NCBI GenBank assembly: GCA_951406725.2
Contig: OX597826.1
Span: 9,672,001 to 9,736,000, forward strand
Length of the DNA stretch: 64,000 nt
DNA from: Octopus vulgaris
Taxonomy: Eukaryota
Direction of reading: 5' to 3'
Both the position numbers and the translations under genes were made by a program. Each line of letters opens with the position of its first letter. The stretch's first letter is position 1. Positions 1 to 14,700 of this stretch are shown here, in pieces. The notes below the pieces were generated by a model, which saw only the letters and a program-made list of their open reading frames with translations, was not told the origin of the DNA and did not search any database.

Positions 1-645
1 AGCGAAATCTTTCTTAAATCATATTATTTTCTTGATTCTTAAAAAAGAACACCATTTGATAAAGTAGTCAGACTATTGTCCAGTGGTGGTCTGCCCTTGG
101 GCAGGTCCTGTGCATATGTACTTACTCCAGCACTATCTATATGACCTGGGAAGGCCCGAACCATCCCTTGCCGCTGCTAAGTAGATTACTGGAACTTTGG
201 CAACTATAACTAGACTTAGGATGTCTACTGAAGTTGTGTCCTGTTGCCTTCTCCAGGCAGGTGAGATTTCAACTCAGAATGTAGAGAGCTGAAAGATATA
301 TCCTAAAGCACTTCTGCTGACCCTCCAACAATCCTTCAACTCTCCTACCTGCAGAGCAACATGAAATGAAGTATTTTGCTCAATAACAAAACACACCGCC
401 CGGTTCCAAATTAAACCCATGACCTCATAATTGTGAATGTAACACCCCTAACCTGGAGAAGAAAAGAAAGGGAGATGGATGTTCATGACTGGGGTGTTTT
501 GGTTTATAGATCTTTTCAATCATATCTAACCTTGGGTTAAACTACTGTTGCTTATGAGCAGTGGTTTTCAAGCAGGGTCCATAGGACCACTTGGGTGCCA
601 TGTAAGATTTTTGGGGGTCCATGCGAGCAAAGTGGTCCCAGAGAC

Positions 646-920
646 ATCATTATGTGTAGAGCCAATCATGTCCATGAGTGCTCTCCATCATTGGTGGGCC
701 CATGCCAGCCCCTCTGCATCCTCCAAGGTGACATTGAGCCCCCGGAGATCTTCTCCAATCATGTTCAGCCATCTGATGTGGGGCTTGCCACAAGGCCTCT
801 TCTAGTCTAAAGCTGTTGCGTGGAATAAGAGCAAAGCCCTGGTAGGATTATCTAGTGGATGACGGAAGATATGTCCGTGCCAGTATTTGCGATGGATGGC
901 TATGCAGTTGGAGGTTGCAG
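646..920 (-). mobile_element. RTE-clade LINE ORF C-terminal fragment (decayed)
   Basis: Minus-strand translation RKYWHGHIFRHPLDNPTRALLL...*KRPCGKPHIRWLNMIGEDL...AWAHQ*WRAL matches the RTE 'W.GHV.R...KRPRGRP..RW.D.I..DL...A.DR..WR' tail; two stop codons. Confidence 0.8.
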
Positions 921-1993
921 GATGATGATGGTTAATTTTTTAATAAATGTATTTGGAGCAATAGGGATTAGAGAATTTAAGTTTGATTAATTACAAAACA
1001 TTTTAAAAATTAGAATTTTAGGGTAGAAAAAATTTGGGAAATTTTTTAGAATTGTTAGAAAATATATTAATACAGAAACATGTTATTTCCATACATAACA
1101 AACTGTTTTGTATTTATGGCAAGATATATGTAGCTCTAACTTTTTTGAGTGTAATGATTTTTTTTTTATCAAGTACAAAAGGTACAAGTAAGAAATAGCT
1201 TCTCATTTATGAAAAACCCCTTTTTTGTTTGAAGGCAGGTAACAACTTCTACCATTTTTTTGAACAGGTATCTTTCTTGTTCAAGAAAGAAGCAATGATG
1301 CATTCAGCAAAAAAAAAAAAAAAAAATGCCAAAACAGTGGGGCATGGGCAGGAGAGACTTTATCTAGGAATGAAAATATACTAGTATTGATACTATGACT
1401 ACTGAAAAATACAACTGGTATGAAGGGGACCTGTGGATGAAGATTAGTTAAAATGTATCTCAATATCATGTTTTTCCTATCTGGAAAAAAAAAAAAAAAA
1501 TGCTCGTCATTGTTTTGACATGTTTCTCTCCATGTTAGTATATATTGTAGACAGCTTTGATAGATAGCTTCCTTCCATATTATCCTGCTCTTATATCATC
1601 TGCATTCTCTTCAACGGCCACCACCACCCTTCCAGTACTATTCTATAAGGTCAGAGGCTCATTTCACTTAGGGTTATACTTCAGGGAGAAGAGAGAAGGG
1701 TGTGTGTGTGTTTGTTTGTTTTTATTTATTTAAATCTATCATTTTATCTGCACTAGTGATTATTTTCGTATTTTTGTTTGCTTTTAACCCCTACCACCAC
1801 CACCACCATCACCACACACACACACACATACACACACAAGCTTCTCTCTTCTCTACAGCACATGACACTCATCAAAGGTTGTTTGTTGAAACTTTCCAAT
1901 TTCTAAACCTAGTGTATTTAAGTTCAATCACAGTTGGGAGTCAAAAAATAATTTTATCTAGTCATCCAGCAGTTTATGTCTGATGTACATTAT

Positions 1994-2033
<40 letters not shown>

Positions 2034-2412
2034 TAGTAGTAGTAATAAGGAAGTCTTTCTTGCAATTTTTTTTTCTCAATGCAGTATGATTCTGTCACGA
2101 AACTAAACTGTGTTGCTGTATGTGTGTGTCTGTGTGTCTTTTTGAGTGTATGTTTGGCTGTGTCAGTATGTGTGTCTCTCTATTTCAGTGTTTGTGTGTG
2201 TAGGTATGTGTGTTTTAAAATGTATTTTTCCAGTTTAACTTTAGCTATCTGACTGACAATCCATACATACATAAATCACCGTGATTTCTGATTTCGTGGT
2301 ACATGTGATTTATAAGCTATAGTTAATATATCTTACATCTCAAACCACCCAAGCATGCAATGGCTCTGGAACCTGCTCTTACATTAGGGGAGAGAGAGAG
2401 AAAGAGAGAGTG

Positions 2413-2444
<32 letters not shown>

Positions 2445-3207
2445 AGTTCAACCAACCTAGAATCATTCAATCATTTCCATTTGTCTCTTCTACTCTCTAC
2501 AAGTAAATATACGTATATCTGTTAACCCCAAAACCTCTCTGCTCTTTCTATGAGTCAGTGTGTTAACTTTTGAGTCATCATCAAATCTGATCTCTCTCCG
2601 GTTACTCTACTCACCTGTTCTTGCCCATATTTAACTGATATGCTTCAAATATCTCTGCGTGTGATCATGTTGGCAGGTGGGAGAGGTTATCTCTTACACA
2701 AGCGAGGTTAAAATATTTCGTTATTCTGTGTTGTTTGTAACATTGAATTACAGGCAAAAAAAAAAAAAAAATCTTCTTACTTTTTTTTTTGAACAAGAAA
2801 CGAATACCAAAACATTCTACACTTTGTGACTGACACACAATTCCAAACAATAAACAAACGAATAAACAAACAAATGAATTGCATGAATAAATCAAGGGAG
2901 GCGGAAAGGAGACAGAGAAACCCTCTACATTCTACTTAGGTATTCATAAGTCTAGTGACCTTTCCTGAAGACCCAGCACCCCACAACACCTTCCAAACCT
3001 CTCGATAAAGTTTTAGCTATCCTGAGAAAATCTGCATTCTTTTTTCAGCACTCCCAAATATTTTAACTCTTTGGCTGCTGATCAAAGCTTTTTCTTCGTT
3101 CTATATTTCGGTTATCTTCTTCTCAGTAATATACACAAAACTGGAAGAATGCTGAAGAAAATGCCTTGTGGTGTTTGGTTATGTCCGTCTATGTTCTGGT
3201 TTTAGAT

Positions 3208-3630
3208 ACTCTTTACTCTTTTACTCTCTTTTACTCTCTTTTACTTGTTTCAGTCATTTGACTGCGGCCATGCTGGAGCACCGCCTTTAGTCGAGCAAAT
3301 CAACCCCGGGACTTATTCTTTGTAAGCCCAATACTTATTCTATTGGTCTCTTTTGCCGAACCGCTAAGTGACGGGGACGTAAACACACCAGCATCGGTTG
3401 TCAAGCAATGCTAGGGGGACAAACACAGACACACAAACATATACACACACACTTATATATACATATATATGACAGGCTTCTTTCAGTTTCCGTCTACCAA
3501 ATCCACTCACAAGGCATTGGTCGGCCCGGGGCTATAGCAGAAGACACTTGCCCAAGATGCCACGCAGTGGGACTGAACCCGGAAACATGTGGTTGGCTAG
3601 CAAGCTACTTACCACACAGCCACTCCTGGC
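3208..3630 (-). mobile_element. SINE family A (tRNA-like head, CORE-like body, internal microsatellite), full length
   Basis: A box TGGCTGTGTGG, B box GGTTCAGTCCC, CTTGGGCAAGTG, (TAAAAGAG)n tail. Confidence 0.9.
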
Positions 3631-3766
3631 ATTAACTATTCTTCTTCTCCTTGTTGGGGTTGATAGAATTAAGGATCAATCAAATTAGGTAGTGAGATCA
3701 GTGCCATTTGACATTATAGCTGTCTTCTTGCTGTAGAATCCCAGCTTAGTAGATTTTTATGATCAG

Positions 3767-4178
3767 GTGCAAGGATGGCTGTGTGGTTAAGATGCTAACT
3801 TTGCAACCACACAGTTTTGGGTTCAGTCCCACTGCTCAGCATATTGGGCAAGTTTCTTCTACTATAACCCTAAGACAACCAAATGCCTTATGATTGAATT
3901 TGGTCAAAGGAAACTGTGTAGAAGCCTGTCATATATGTGTGTGTGTGTGTGTGTGTGTATTTCTGTTTGTCTCCCTCCACCACTTGACATCTGGTGTTGG
4001 TTTGTTTACATCTGTCTCCATTAGTGAGCAGTCTTGCAACAGTGACAAATAGAATTACTACCAGGCTTTTAAAAACAAAAATAAGTACCAGGGTCAATTT
4101 GTTCGGCTAAACTCTTCAAGGTGTTGCCCCAGCATGGCCACAGTCCAGCAACAGAAACAAGTGAAGGATAAAAGAGAA
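3767..4178 (+). mobile_element. SINE family A
   Basis: Same head, body and tail, diverged. Confidence 0.85.
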
Positions 4179-6939
4179 AGGCATTCTAGCTACGGCCATC
4201 TTCTCTTTCTTTGGTTGTGTAGGACTTTATTATCCAATGTATTCTTTTCTGTGACAAAAGGGTGCTAACTGAGGGAGAGTTGGCTGTTGTTTCTAGTAGG
4301 CTGACCAGCCATGCAGCGGCTTCTTTGTTGGCTCTTCTTATAACTATGTTAGACATCAGCAATATACAAAATGAAAAAAATCATTTATTCTCCATTTCTG
4401 ACGGCCTTCCATTTACAAGGAACTGTCCTGTCTTCTCTAAATTCTTCTTCCGCTCTTCACCTTTGTTCTTCTAAACATTCTGTCTTCAAAGTAAACTTGT
4501 TAAAAATCTCCGTGTTCACTTCTTTACTCTTAGTTCTCTGTCTTGGGAATAACATGCTAGTTGTTGTTGTTGTTGTTGTTGTTTTGCCCCAAAGTTAACT
4601 TGATGCAGTAGATATTATGATCAAAGATATATCAATAGCAACCGTGGCTATTCCATCTGTTATTCACACACACTGAATAACAGGGAATAACTTATGTAAT
4701 GTGTTGTACCAATTTTTAATGGTAAGGTTGGATTTTGATGGAGATGTAAGTGCTTCAGTTTTGACTGTGCGGTTGAGAAGTTTGCTTCGTAACTCCATGG
4801 GTTTGTGTTCAATTCCATTGTGCGACACCTTGGAAAGTTTTTTTTTCTACCTATAATATCAAGTTACCAATTTGCCAATACCTTGTGATAGAATTGAGCA
4901 GACCTATGATGAAAGGCACCCAGGCATGACCATCCTGTTAATTTCCTATTTGCAAGGAATCTTACTTTCAAATATGTCCTTTTCTGAGGTGATTGGAGCT
5001 TTCAGAAAAGGACAATCTCTGAAAGAGATTTGACTGCTATTTCTCACAGGTTGGACGACCACATAGAGGATCTATTTTGGGCACAAGGTTGGTTGACAGT
5101 AAGTAGCTTGACAGTAAATAGAGAAAAACTTGGAGAGAAATAATTGTGTCTAATCTTGAAGTGAAGTAATTTAGTCTATTTGAACTCCAGAAACACTGAC
5201 TAAAGTTAGTGACATTCTATGTTCTTCAAAACTTATGTGTCCCATTCATCTTTTGGATTATGGGGGCACCCTATAAGCCTGTTATCATTAATAGAAAACC
5301 AGCATGGTGGAGCCCATATCATACTTGCACTTATGCTATAAAATCACTAAGAAAAAGAACCACTTGTGAATTATATAGTGCTCCCCCTGCTTTCAGTCAT
5401 AAGCTGTATGTACATTCTCATAATACCTGTTATATTTTACTGCTAGATTTTATTGAGCCACTGAGAGTTTATTTATTGTCTCTGCTTAAGGAAACCTTCA
5501 GTGTTTAATGTAAGAAGGACCAAGAACTACCTTTAGCCAGCATCCTACTGTCAACCACCTGGTTAGCTGGTTACAACTGGGGAGACAGACTTAAACTGTT
5601 GCTGTCGTTGCTAATAGTGATGATGATGATGATTAGCATTTACTATAAAAAGTCTTAAACAATTTAGAGTTCTTCTCAGTGATAGAATTGATTAAAATTC
5701 CTTCTTATTTGTGTGTGTGTGTGTGCTCATACGTGTGTGCGTGTGTTGTCCAAGTCTCAATTTGGAATATTGTAAAAGATAATTTCCATCATTGATTTTG
5801 AGTTATTTTTTGTCTTTTTTTTATTTTATTTTTTTAATTTCTTTTTTTTTTTTAACCAAAAGCTTAACCAACCAAAATATTCAATGTCGAGAAATTTAGA
5901 AAAATAAGTCTATTATCTGATTCTAAAGCATTTTTCAGTTCACACCAAATGTAGTTCACTGATAACAAGACTTATTTAAGAAGTTTGTAGAGAAGAAAGC
6001 CATGTTTGCTGAATGGTATTTTTTGTTGTTTCTACTGTTGAATGTTATCTGAGCTCGTCACTTCTAGATTTCATTAAGATATCAAGATTGTTCTTTCATT
6101 TGTTGTCTGTTGCTTTTTATTATTGTTATTATTATTTTTTTGTTTTTGAGGGTGAGGGGGTTTCCTGTTTCCTTCTTTCTTTTCAAAAATTCTTAAATCC
6201 AACCAATATGTTTTCACTGGAAGTGAACAAAGGTGAAGATTTTCATCTTTCTTTTGTTTTGTTTTTATTTTGTATTTTGTATTTATTTATTTATTGAGAC
6301 AAATAACAAAAATGAAATGAAATCCTTCCTATTTGATTTCAACTAATTCCTCAATATTCCTTTTGTTTCTTCATTCAAATGCTTCGGCATAAAAGTCTAG
6401 ATTAGAACTGATCGCAGATAGAAGAAAATATTCATTGCTGAATTTAATACGTGTTAATATGATAAAACAAGGATGGTCGATTGACACATCTGTTAGCGTA
6501 TCGGACACAAATGTCTTGTAGCATTTAGTTATGATCGTTTACATTCTGAGTTCAAAACTTACCAAGTTCAACTTGAAATGTCCATCCGTCTGTCCATCTT
6601 CCCTATCCACTATTCCTGCTAGAGTCCCCTTAGAGGTTAGAGTTCTCAGGCACCTCTTCCATAGGATCCTGTTAGAAGCAACATCATCATCATCATCATC
6701 ATCTTTTAACGTCCATGCTGGAATGGGTTGGACAGTTTGACCAGGGCTGGCAAGCTGTAGAGCTGCACTAAGTTCCGGTCTAATTTGGCTTGGTTTCTAC
6801 AGCTGGTTGCCCTTCCTAATGCCAACCACTTTAAAGTGTGTGCTGGGTGCTTTTAACATGGCATCATTAAATTTTCCAGCTGGATTCCTTAAGCATGACC
6901 AACTGTGACTATGGATAGTATCCAGCCATTTTGTTCTAG

Positions 6940-7206
6940 TGCCGCTGGACCGGCTCCTGTGCAGGTGGCACGTAAAAAGCACCATTTGAGCGTGGACATT
7001 GCCAGTACCACCTGACTGGCCCTCATGCCGGTGGCACATAAAAGCACCCACTACACTCTCAGAGTGGTTGGCGTTAGGAAGGGCATCCAGCTGTAGAAAC
7101 TCTGCCAAATCGGATTGGAGCCTGGTGCAGCCATATGGTTCGCCAGACCTCAGTCAAATCATCCAACCCATACTAGCATGGAAAACGGACATTAAACGAT
7201 GATGAA
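6940..7206 (+). mobile_element. SINE/LINE-tail family C with (GAT)n end
   Basis: GGCGTTAGGAAGGGCATCCAGCTGTAGAAAC...CCAACCCATGCTAGCATGGAAA.CGGAC.TTAAACGATGATG; copies at about 6683-6860(-), 12340-12493, 17445-17570, 18325-18455(-), 20082-20233, 22731-22812(-), 31655-31800, 59582-59915(-). Confidence 0.8.
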
Positions 7207-9192
7207 CGATCTGCCTCTTGCTCAGACTGAAGAGTCCGTTTGAAATAAGATGAGTTCATTAGTGTAAGTTTTAGAGTCTTGCAATGTTTTAGTTTACTAC
7301 TTCTCATGTTCTGAATTCAAAACCTGTCTTGAGTGGTTGATGGTGCATTCTGAGTTCAGACCCACCAAAATCAACTATGTCCTTCATTCTTTCATTGTTT
7401 GATGAAATGAGTAGCAATCAATTACTGGGGTTGAATAAATCAACAATGCCACCAACCCTCAAATTTGTGGGCTTCTACATATCTATTTCATTTTATAGAG
7501 ATGCCTCCAATAACAGAAATTTTAGAACATTGGATGTCATTGGTCCTAGATTCAAACTTACTTTCTCATTCTCTTAAGTAATTTTTGTTTAACTCCAAAT
7601 TTGCCATAACTGAGTAAATTTTTTTTTTACTAAAAGTATTTCCAGCTGTGAGCATCTCCTCTTTTCTATTCTAAGTATAATAATTCCATTTTTTTAAAAA
7701 CAGTGTGAGTATTTTAGGAAGATTCTGTTGTTGTTTCTAGCAGGTTAGGCAGCTGTGTAATCACCCATATTGGCTCTTTCATTTGCTTTTTCAAATATTG
7801 TGGTATAAGTCTAGACTAGTATTGATCAATGAGAGTAAAAAAAAAATTGTATTCTTTATTGAGTTTAACACCTGTTATACAGTGAAAAAGTAATAAACGA
7901 ACAAGTTTGAACTAAATAGGAAACCTCTACATGGTTGCTCAACTCGCTAGAAAGAACAGCCAAATCTCCCTCATATTGCACTCTAATATCTTATATGTAT
8001 AAAAACACAATGATAATACTAGGATTAAAAAAGAACCCTAGATACACTATACCTAAAACTGGGAAGGTCATAATTAGTATGTCTCTGATCATGTTTGCTT
8101 CATCAAAGCTGATCAGTGAATTAATTGCAACAGATTTCATTTAATAGAGACACAAAGGCTTCATTATTTAATTGTGTCTCTCGGGTTCAGATGTACTTTC
8201 TGATTTTAAGTAGTTGTGGTAGTGGTGGTGGTTGTAGTGATAGTAGTGTTTTTATTTAACCCTAGGTCGGCCCCAATCATGCTAACTTATGATCAATGGC
8301 ATTCCGTTTGTAACCTTCCAAGCCTTTCGAACAAGACAGAGTGTTCTCATACTACATCATCCGATATCTCCTTTCGGATTTGTTTTAGCCTGGCACTCCA
8401 TCAGTTACGACAATGTCTGTTCCAGTTGATTCAATCAGCTTTAACGTGCAAGTGGCTGAGTACTCCACAGATACATGTACCCTTAACATAATTCTCAGTG
8501 GACTGGAACAACATGAAATAAATTGCTCAAGGACACGACACATTACCAGGAATCGAACTCGTAGCCTTGCAATCATGATCTGAATAGCCCTAACCACTAG
8601 CCACATGCCTTTAAATTTTTTTTGAAGATGGTAGAATATAAAATATAAAAAAAGATTTAGCAGCTACTTCTAGCATGTTGAGTGACTACATAAGCTCTTT
8701 GTTTACCTCATGACTGTTGTTGTTGTTTTTTTAGTCAGCTTCTTGAGAAGCAAGCACAAGTCACATATTAACACGCTTCCTTATACTGACATCCTCATTG
8801 TCCTCATTCATTTAACATTTGCTTCTTTTCCGTATTGGCAGGAGTTGGATGTGTGTAAAGTACAGCAGCTTATCTTTGCTCTTCTTGCTTCTATCGCTTA
8901 CCCTGTCCCTTCCTGGCTTGTTTTATGGGTGTAGGTATAGCCCAAGTAGGTAAGAAGCTCACTTCTTACCTACATGGCCATTGCGCTGGGTTTAATCACA
9001 CTATGCAACACCTTCAGAAAATGTCTTTTTGGCTGAACTAAGCTTTGTGAATAAAATTAGGTAGACAAATACTGTATGGCCCAGTCAGATTAGCTGTACC
9101 CGTTGGTGAGGGTAGGGAATTAGACCCTATCCATTGTCTGATCTAACATTACTTCTTGGGTACTTTCGGCAGGGTCCACTTTTTTGTACTTG

Positions 9193-9418
9193 GCCCTTTA
9201 GCATTCAGACTACTTTGTCTAATGTAATGCCTATTTGTTCACATTGTTTTGAAATTAATCTTGCATCATTTTGTAGCTTTGAGACTTCAATGAAGTAATT
9301 GTTTCCTTTTAGAATGGCATTGTAGGGTAGGTGTAAGAGGCCAGACCTGGCTGGTTTGAACATAGAACAGGTAGGATATTTGAGTCAGATGTGGTCAGTT
9401 TAAATGCCAAATGGTTAA
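9193..9418. mobile_element. piggyBac-type MITE family 2 (CCCTTTAGCATT ends)
   Basis: CCCTTTAGCATT ... AATGCCAAATGG-TTAA; homologous copies at about 47892-48524 (SINE-interrupted) and 58453-58590. Confidence 0.65.
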
Positions 9419-9619
9419 ACCAAGTCCCCATTCTAACGATATCTCAATATCTTGATGGGCACCATTTTTTTATCTCCTTGAACAGTCCAGAAGTTTTAGT
9501 TTCTTTTTCTCTTTCTTCATACCAGTCTTGGAGATTTTCTCTTCTCACGAAATAATTACAGAATATCTTCTTCTAAGACTTCTTCCATTGTCAGCATATG
9601 TTTTCTTTATTATTTTTTA

Positions 9620-9970
9620 TATATATCTTTTACTTGTTTTTCTCGTTTGACTGCTGCCATGCTGGGCTACTGTTTTGATGGGTTTAGTTCCACAATGAAC
9701 CCCAATACTTAATTTCAAGTCTGATATTTTATAGGTCTTTTTTCACTGAACCATTAAGTTATGGTGGCATAAAAAAAGATACACACAAACATACCTACAC
9801 ACACACACACACAATGGATTTCCATACAGTTTCCATCTACCAAACACATTAACAAGACATTGGTCAGCTTAAGGCTGTAGTAGAAGACACTTGCCTAAGG
9901 TACCACACAGCAAGACTGAACCCAAAGTCTTGTGGTTGCAAATGAGTTTCTTAATCACACAGCCATGCCC
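9620..9970 (-). mobile_element. SINE family A (diverged)
   Basis: Homology to 3208-3630. Confidence 0.8.
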
Positions 9971-11432
9971 TTTTACATCATCTTTCTTTCTTCTTTTTTT
10001 TTTTACCCTACAAGTGCTCTGTTATCCATCTATATCGATCACATGTCTAAACCAGTACCCCTACCTTTCTTACACATATCAGTTTATGAAGCAAATTTGT
10101 AAATGTCTAAATTTCAAGTGATTATCAGGAAAATATATGTATATATCGTTAGGAAAACAATTAGTCTCCGTTTGATATATGAATAACTGGAAAATTTTTG
10201 AATACATAGTCTGAAATGTAAAGCTATTGATCAAGAATATGATTTTTTCATATGACTTTCGATAAAAGACAAATGAAGTCTGGTGACCAAATTATCACTT
10301 TGGGAATTTTCCATAATGAATTTAGACAGTCCAGATGCAGAACAGACTCACTAGAAATTGAATAATTGTATTTTCCAGTGGATTAGTTCCGGAATTGATC
10401 TAAAAGTTTTCGTTCTAATAGATTTTGAAATGCTCCCTTCATTTAACATTGCATCATATTTTCATAAAATTGTTCAGATGAAGCGGTAAATTAGACCTGG
10501 CTAATTTTGCAACCATCATGGGCCTCTTTTAAAGGAATAAATTTTGTCTATCCTATATTACAGTTCGATTACAGATTATTCATTGTTGCATGAGACGTTC
10601 TTGTTTATACAGCAATCATACATATCATTACTGCACATATATCATTACTACAAATCTTATATATCATTACTACACTTCATGCATATCATTACTACACATG
10701 TAATCATTACTACATATCATTACTACACCACTACAGTTTCATTACTACACATCTTTCTTTGCCGATTGGTTTCAGCCAATCTAATTTCAGTATTTCTTCA
10801 GCGACATCAGCAGTCTAATAAAACTGAGCATTGATTACCATACCAGTATAAGCAGGTTCAATCTTGCTCAGCATATCTTTTTTTATTTTTTTTATTTTTT
10901 TTTTTTTAATCTATCCAATGCTTGATTGTGTCCTCAAACTTGTGCGCTTGCTGAAGAAACATCGTTATTAGTAATTTTGGATAGCTTCAGATTTTTTTTT
11001 TTAATTTGGAAGTAGACAATTATTTCTCAGGAAGGGTTATTGATCTGCATTGTGCAATTCATAGAGACAGAGAGAGATTTTTTTTTAAAGAAAAATAGTT
11101 GTGATAGAGTATAAAGGAAAAAAAAGAAAGAAAAGAGAAACATATTTTGACCATCTTTATTGACAATGTTTGTTAAGACAGAGTTGCTTCATCTTCAGCA
11201 ACAGCAGCGTCAGCAGCAGCATTTTAAGATCTGCATTTAATGTGTTTCTCGTTGACAAGGAATTAGACTATCAGCATATAGGTATAATTCTCATATACTG
11301 CTGGGATTTCTTTGGCAAGCAGGATGGGGGATGCTGTACTTAACACTATATCAGTTCATCTGTTTGAACAAGCAGCAGATCTTTTGTGGATGTTATGTCT
11401 TCAATAAGCTACCCCACAAAAAGGTAGAGATT

Positions 11433-11598
11433 CGGAGTGGCTGTGTGGTAAGTAGCTTGCATACCAACCACATGGTTCCGGGTTCAGTCCCACTGCATGG
11501 CACCTTGGGCAAGTGTCTTCTACTATAGCTTCAGGTCGACCAAAGCCTTGTGAGTGGATTTGGCAGATGAAAACTGAAAGAAGCCCGTCACATATATG

Positions 11599-11642
<44 letters not shown>

Positions 11643-11865
11643 TGAGTGTGTGTGTATATTTGTGTGTCTGTTTGTTCCCCCCCCCCCAACATCGCTTGAT
11701 AACCGATGCTGGTGTGTTTACATCCCCGTGACTTAGCGGTTCAGCAAAAGAGATGGATAAAATAAGTACTAGGCTTACAAAGAATAAGTGCTGGGGTCAG
11801 TTTGTTTGAGTAAAGTCGGTGCTTCAGCATGGCCACAGTCAAATGACTGAAACAAGTAAAAGAGA
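11433..11865 (+). mobile_element. SINE family A
   Basis: Full head to tail homology. Confidence 0.9.
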
Positions 11866-11922
11866 GGTTCACTTACATGCTAAACATACACCTTGAATCT
11901 GGTGCCAAGTTTGGCTCTATAT

Positions 11923-12145
11923 CAGTGGTTCCCAAATTTTTTTCAGGCTGCCCCCACTCATCACCACCACAAACATAAACCACTTTCTGCCGCAAATTCA
12001 AAACAACTGAATTTTACAAACACAACTTGACCTAATCACACCATCCATTATCGCTCCACTTTTCTTCAATGACTCCCTGGATCTTTCCACTGCTCCCAGG
12101 TATGTGTGCATGGTGGGGAAGTACCACCCACTTTGGGAGCCACTG
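11923..12145. mobile_element. hAT (Charlie-like) MITE
   Basis: TIRs CAGTGGTTCCCAAA / TTTGGGAGCCACTG; perfect 8-bp TSD CTCTATAT. Confidence 0.85.
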
Positions 12146-13935
12146 CTCTATATGAATTTATTGAAGCTTTTTGGAGAGGCACTTGTTTTTTTTTTAGTGC
12201 ATTTGCATGGGTCTACAAATAATATTTGTTGCTTGTGGTTTAGTCTCAGGTCAAGCTCTGATAAATCGGGTCCGTTATGAAGCCCTACTATCTTTTTTTT
12301 TTTTTTGGAGTACCTAAATCTATATTATGTAATAAGTCTTGGCGTTAGGAAGGGCATCCAGCTGTAGAAACTCTGCCAGATCAAGATTGAAGCCTTGTGC
12401 AGCCATCTGGTTCACCAGCCCTCAGTCATACGTCCAACCCATGCTAGCATGGAAAGCGGACGTTAAACGATGATGATGATGATGATGATGATGAAGTCCT
12501 CTTGTTATTTTTAAGATTTGGCTGTTGTTTCTAGAATATCAAGTGATTACATACATGCATCTTTATATCTCTTTTCAAATAAATTTTGTTTGAGTATGTG
12601 TGTGATAGTGTGTTCGCATGTGTATGTGTGTGTGCATGCGTGTGTGTGTGTGCGTGCGTGTGTGTGCGTGCATGTGTGTGTGCGTGTGTATGTGTGTACC
12701 TGTGTTTCACAATAACACTGGTAAAGTATCACAGTAAGATCTGATTTTATAATGTCATTTGAAATCTTCCCAGACGAATCTGTGTTCTAGCTACCATCTA
12801 CTGCCAGCTTGAATCAATTCTTTTTTTTCTCTCTCTCTTTCCTCTTTATCTCTCTCTCTCTCTCCTCTCTTTTTCCATCCAGCACGCATCATTAATTCTC
12901 ATCATAATCCAAATCAACTCCATATTCTGTTGTTATATGAGAAGATTCTTTCTCACTATCTCCAACTACACTAAGCTGCTTGTCATTTCCATAGTAAACT
13001 CAAGTGCTGAATCATTCTAGTCATTCTCGTTTTTATTCTTATCTGATCTTCTACCAGGTAAACAGGCTGGGGGTTTATCCAGTGTCTGGCACCAGAGACA
13101 AGACTCATCATAAATGTTAAACGATTCATTGGACAAGAGAGCAGCATTTTATCTGCTCAACCATTGCAATTCCTTATCTGCTCAGTTATCTGTGTGCAAT
13201 CTAATACAACTATTTTGTGCTAAATCTTCCTTCATAAACCAAGGAATGGTTTATTGGAACCCAATTTTAAACACACATTTTCAACAGCACTAGTGCTCAC
13301 AAAATGCTCGCAAAAATTTTTTTTGAAAAATGTATATAAAATCTATTGCAATTCCTCCCTCCCCTCCTGTATTCAACTCTTGGTATATCTAAAATTCAAT
13401 AATTTATTGGAAAAAATATTAATTCTTGAAAATCTATATATTTTTTCAAAATATATAAGGATTTAATGAAAAATTCTTGACTGATTGATTACTTACCAGA
13501 TATTAAAGAGTAAGTAAAATAGGTCAGATTATTTTTTTTTCTATTTGTTTACAGCTTTTTTTTTTGTCTTTTCTTTTTTCAAAAATGCATTTTAACTCAG
13601 TAGATCATTAGTGAAATAAATGTAGAATGAACGCACCTATTACTTTTGGAAATGTCGGCCATTTCCCAGCATCACGAACGAAATTGTTGTGAAGAAAACC
13701 TAGAGCAATGTTCTAAATTATAGCCCACCATTCCCCCCACCTCTCTCTCTTTCTTTCTTTCACTTTCTCTTTTTCACGCAAACTTTAACTTACCTAATTG
13801 GTGCCAATGACAAAGGTCAGACTTACATGTCACATGATACAACAACAACAACAAAAAAAGGACATAAAGAATCTGCATTTTATCCCAACAACTTGTAACC
13901 TTATTTGAAAGAATCAGAAAATTCCTCTTTTTCTC

Positions 13936-13970
<35 letters not shown>

Positions 13971-14349
13971 AACTTCGACTTGTTAACTATAAATCAGCTG
14001 TTATTTTCCTTTGGTCAATAATAACATGCTTCATTTTGTTGTAATTATTTTTCACAGTCTTTCTTTTATTTTGTTTCACTAAAGAAGCAAAACTGATATG
14101 TAGCAAGATAAAAAGGAAAAAGATGGGGAGTATTTCCGAGAAGGAGATGTGGGGTTCAGCAACGTACACCCTTTACCACCATCTGTGACAGTTAAAGCCA
14201 GTGACAGAGATTTTACATCAGACTCGGGCAACTTTTCTTGAGAAGCAGGCTGCATGAAACATGGCTTATCATAAGGTGCACCAGCACTAAAAAACTAGTG
14301 AAGGTAATTTTTAATTAGGCATTCCATTCAGTAACCCCCACCAGCCTCT

Positions 14350-14696
14350 TGCTTCCCAACCACACGGTTCCAGGTTAAGTCTCCTTGTCTTCTACTAAAG
14401 CCTCAGGCCAACCAAAGCCCTGTGAGTGGATTTGGAAGATGGAAATTGAAAAAAGTCCATCGTGTGTGTGTGTTTTTGTGCCTGTGTCTCCCTCCACCCC
14501 CGCCATCACTTTACCACTGGTGTTAGTGTGTTTACATCCCGATCACTTAGCAGTTTGGCAAAAAGAACTGATAGGATGATAAGTACCAAACTTGACAAAA
14601 TTAAGTATTGGGGTCAGTTCATTCAACTAATAATTCTTCAAGGCGGTGCCCCAGCATGGCTGCAGTCTTGTGACTGAAACAAGTAAAAGATAAAAG
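14350..14696 (+). mobile_element. SINE family A (head partly deleted)
   Basis: Body and tail homology. Confidence 0.85.
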
Positions 14697-14700
14697 ATTA

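Noticed and set aside
548-810. Plus-strand ORFs 548-805 and 595-810
   Set aside because: Antisense to the RTE fragment and overlapping a hAT-like MITE end
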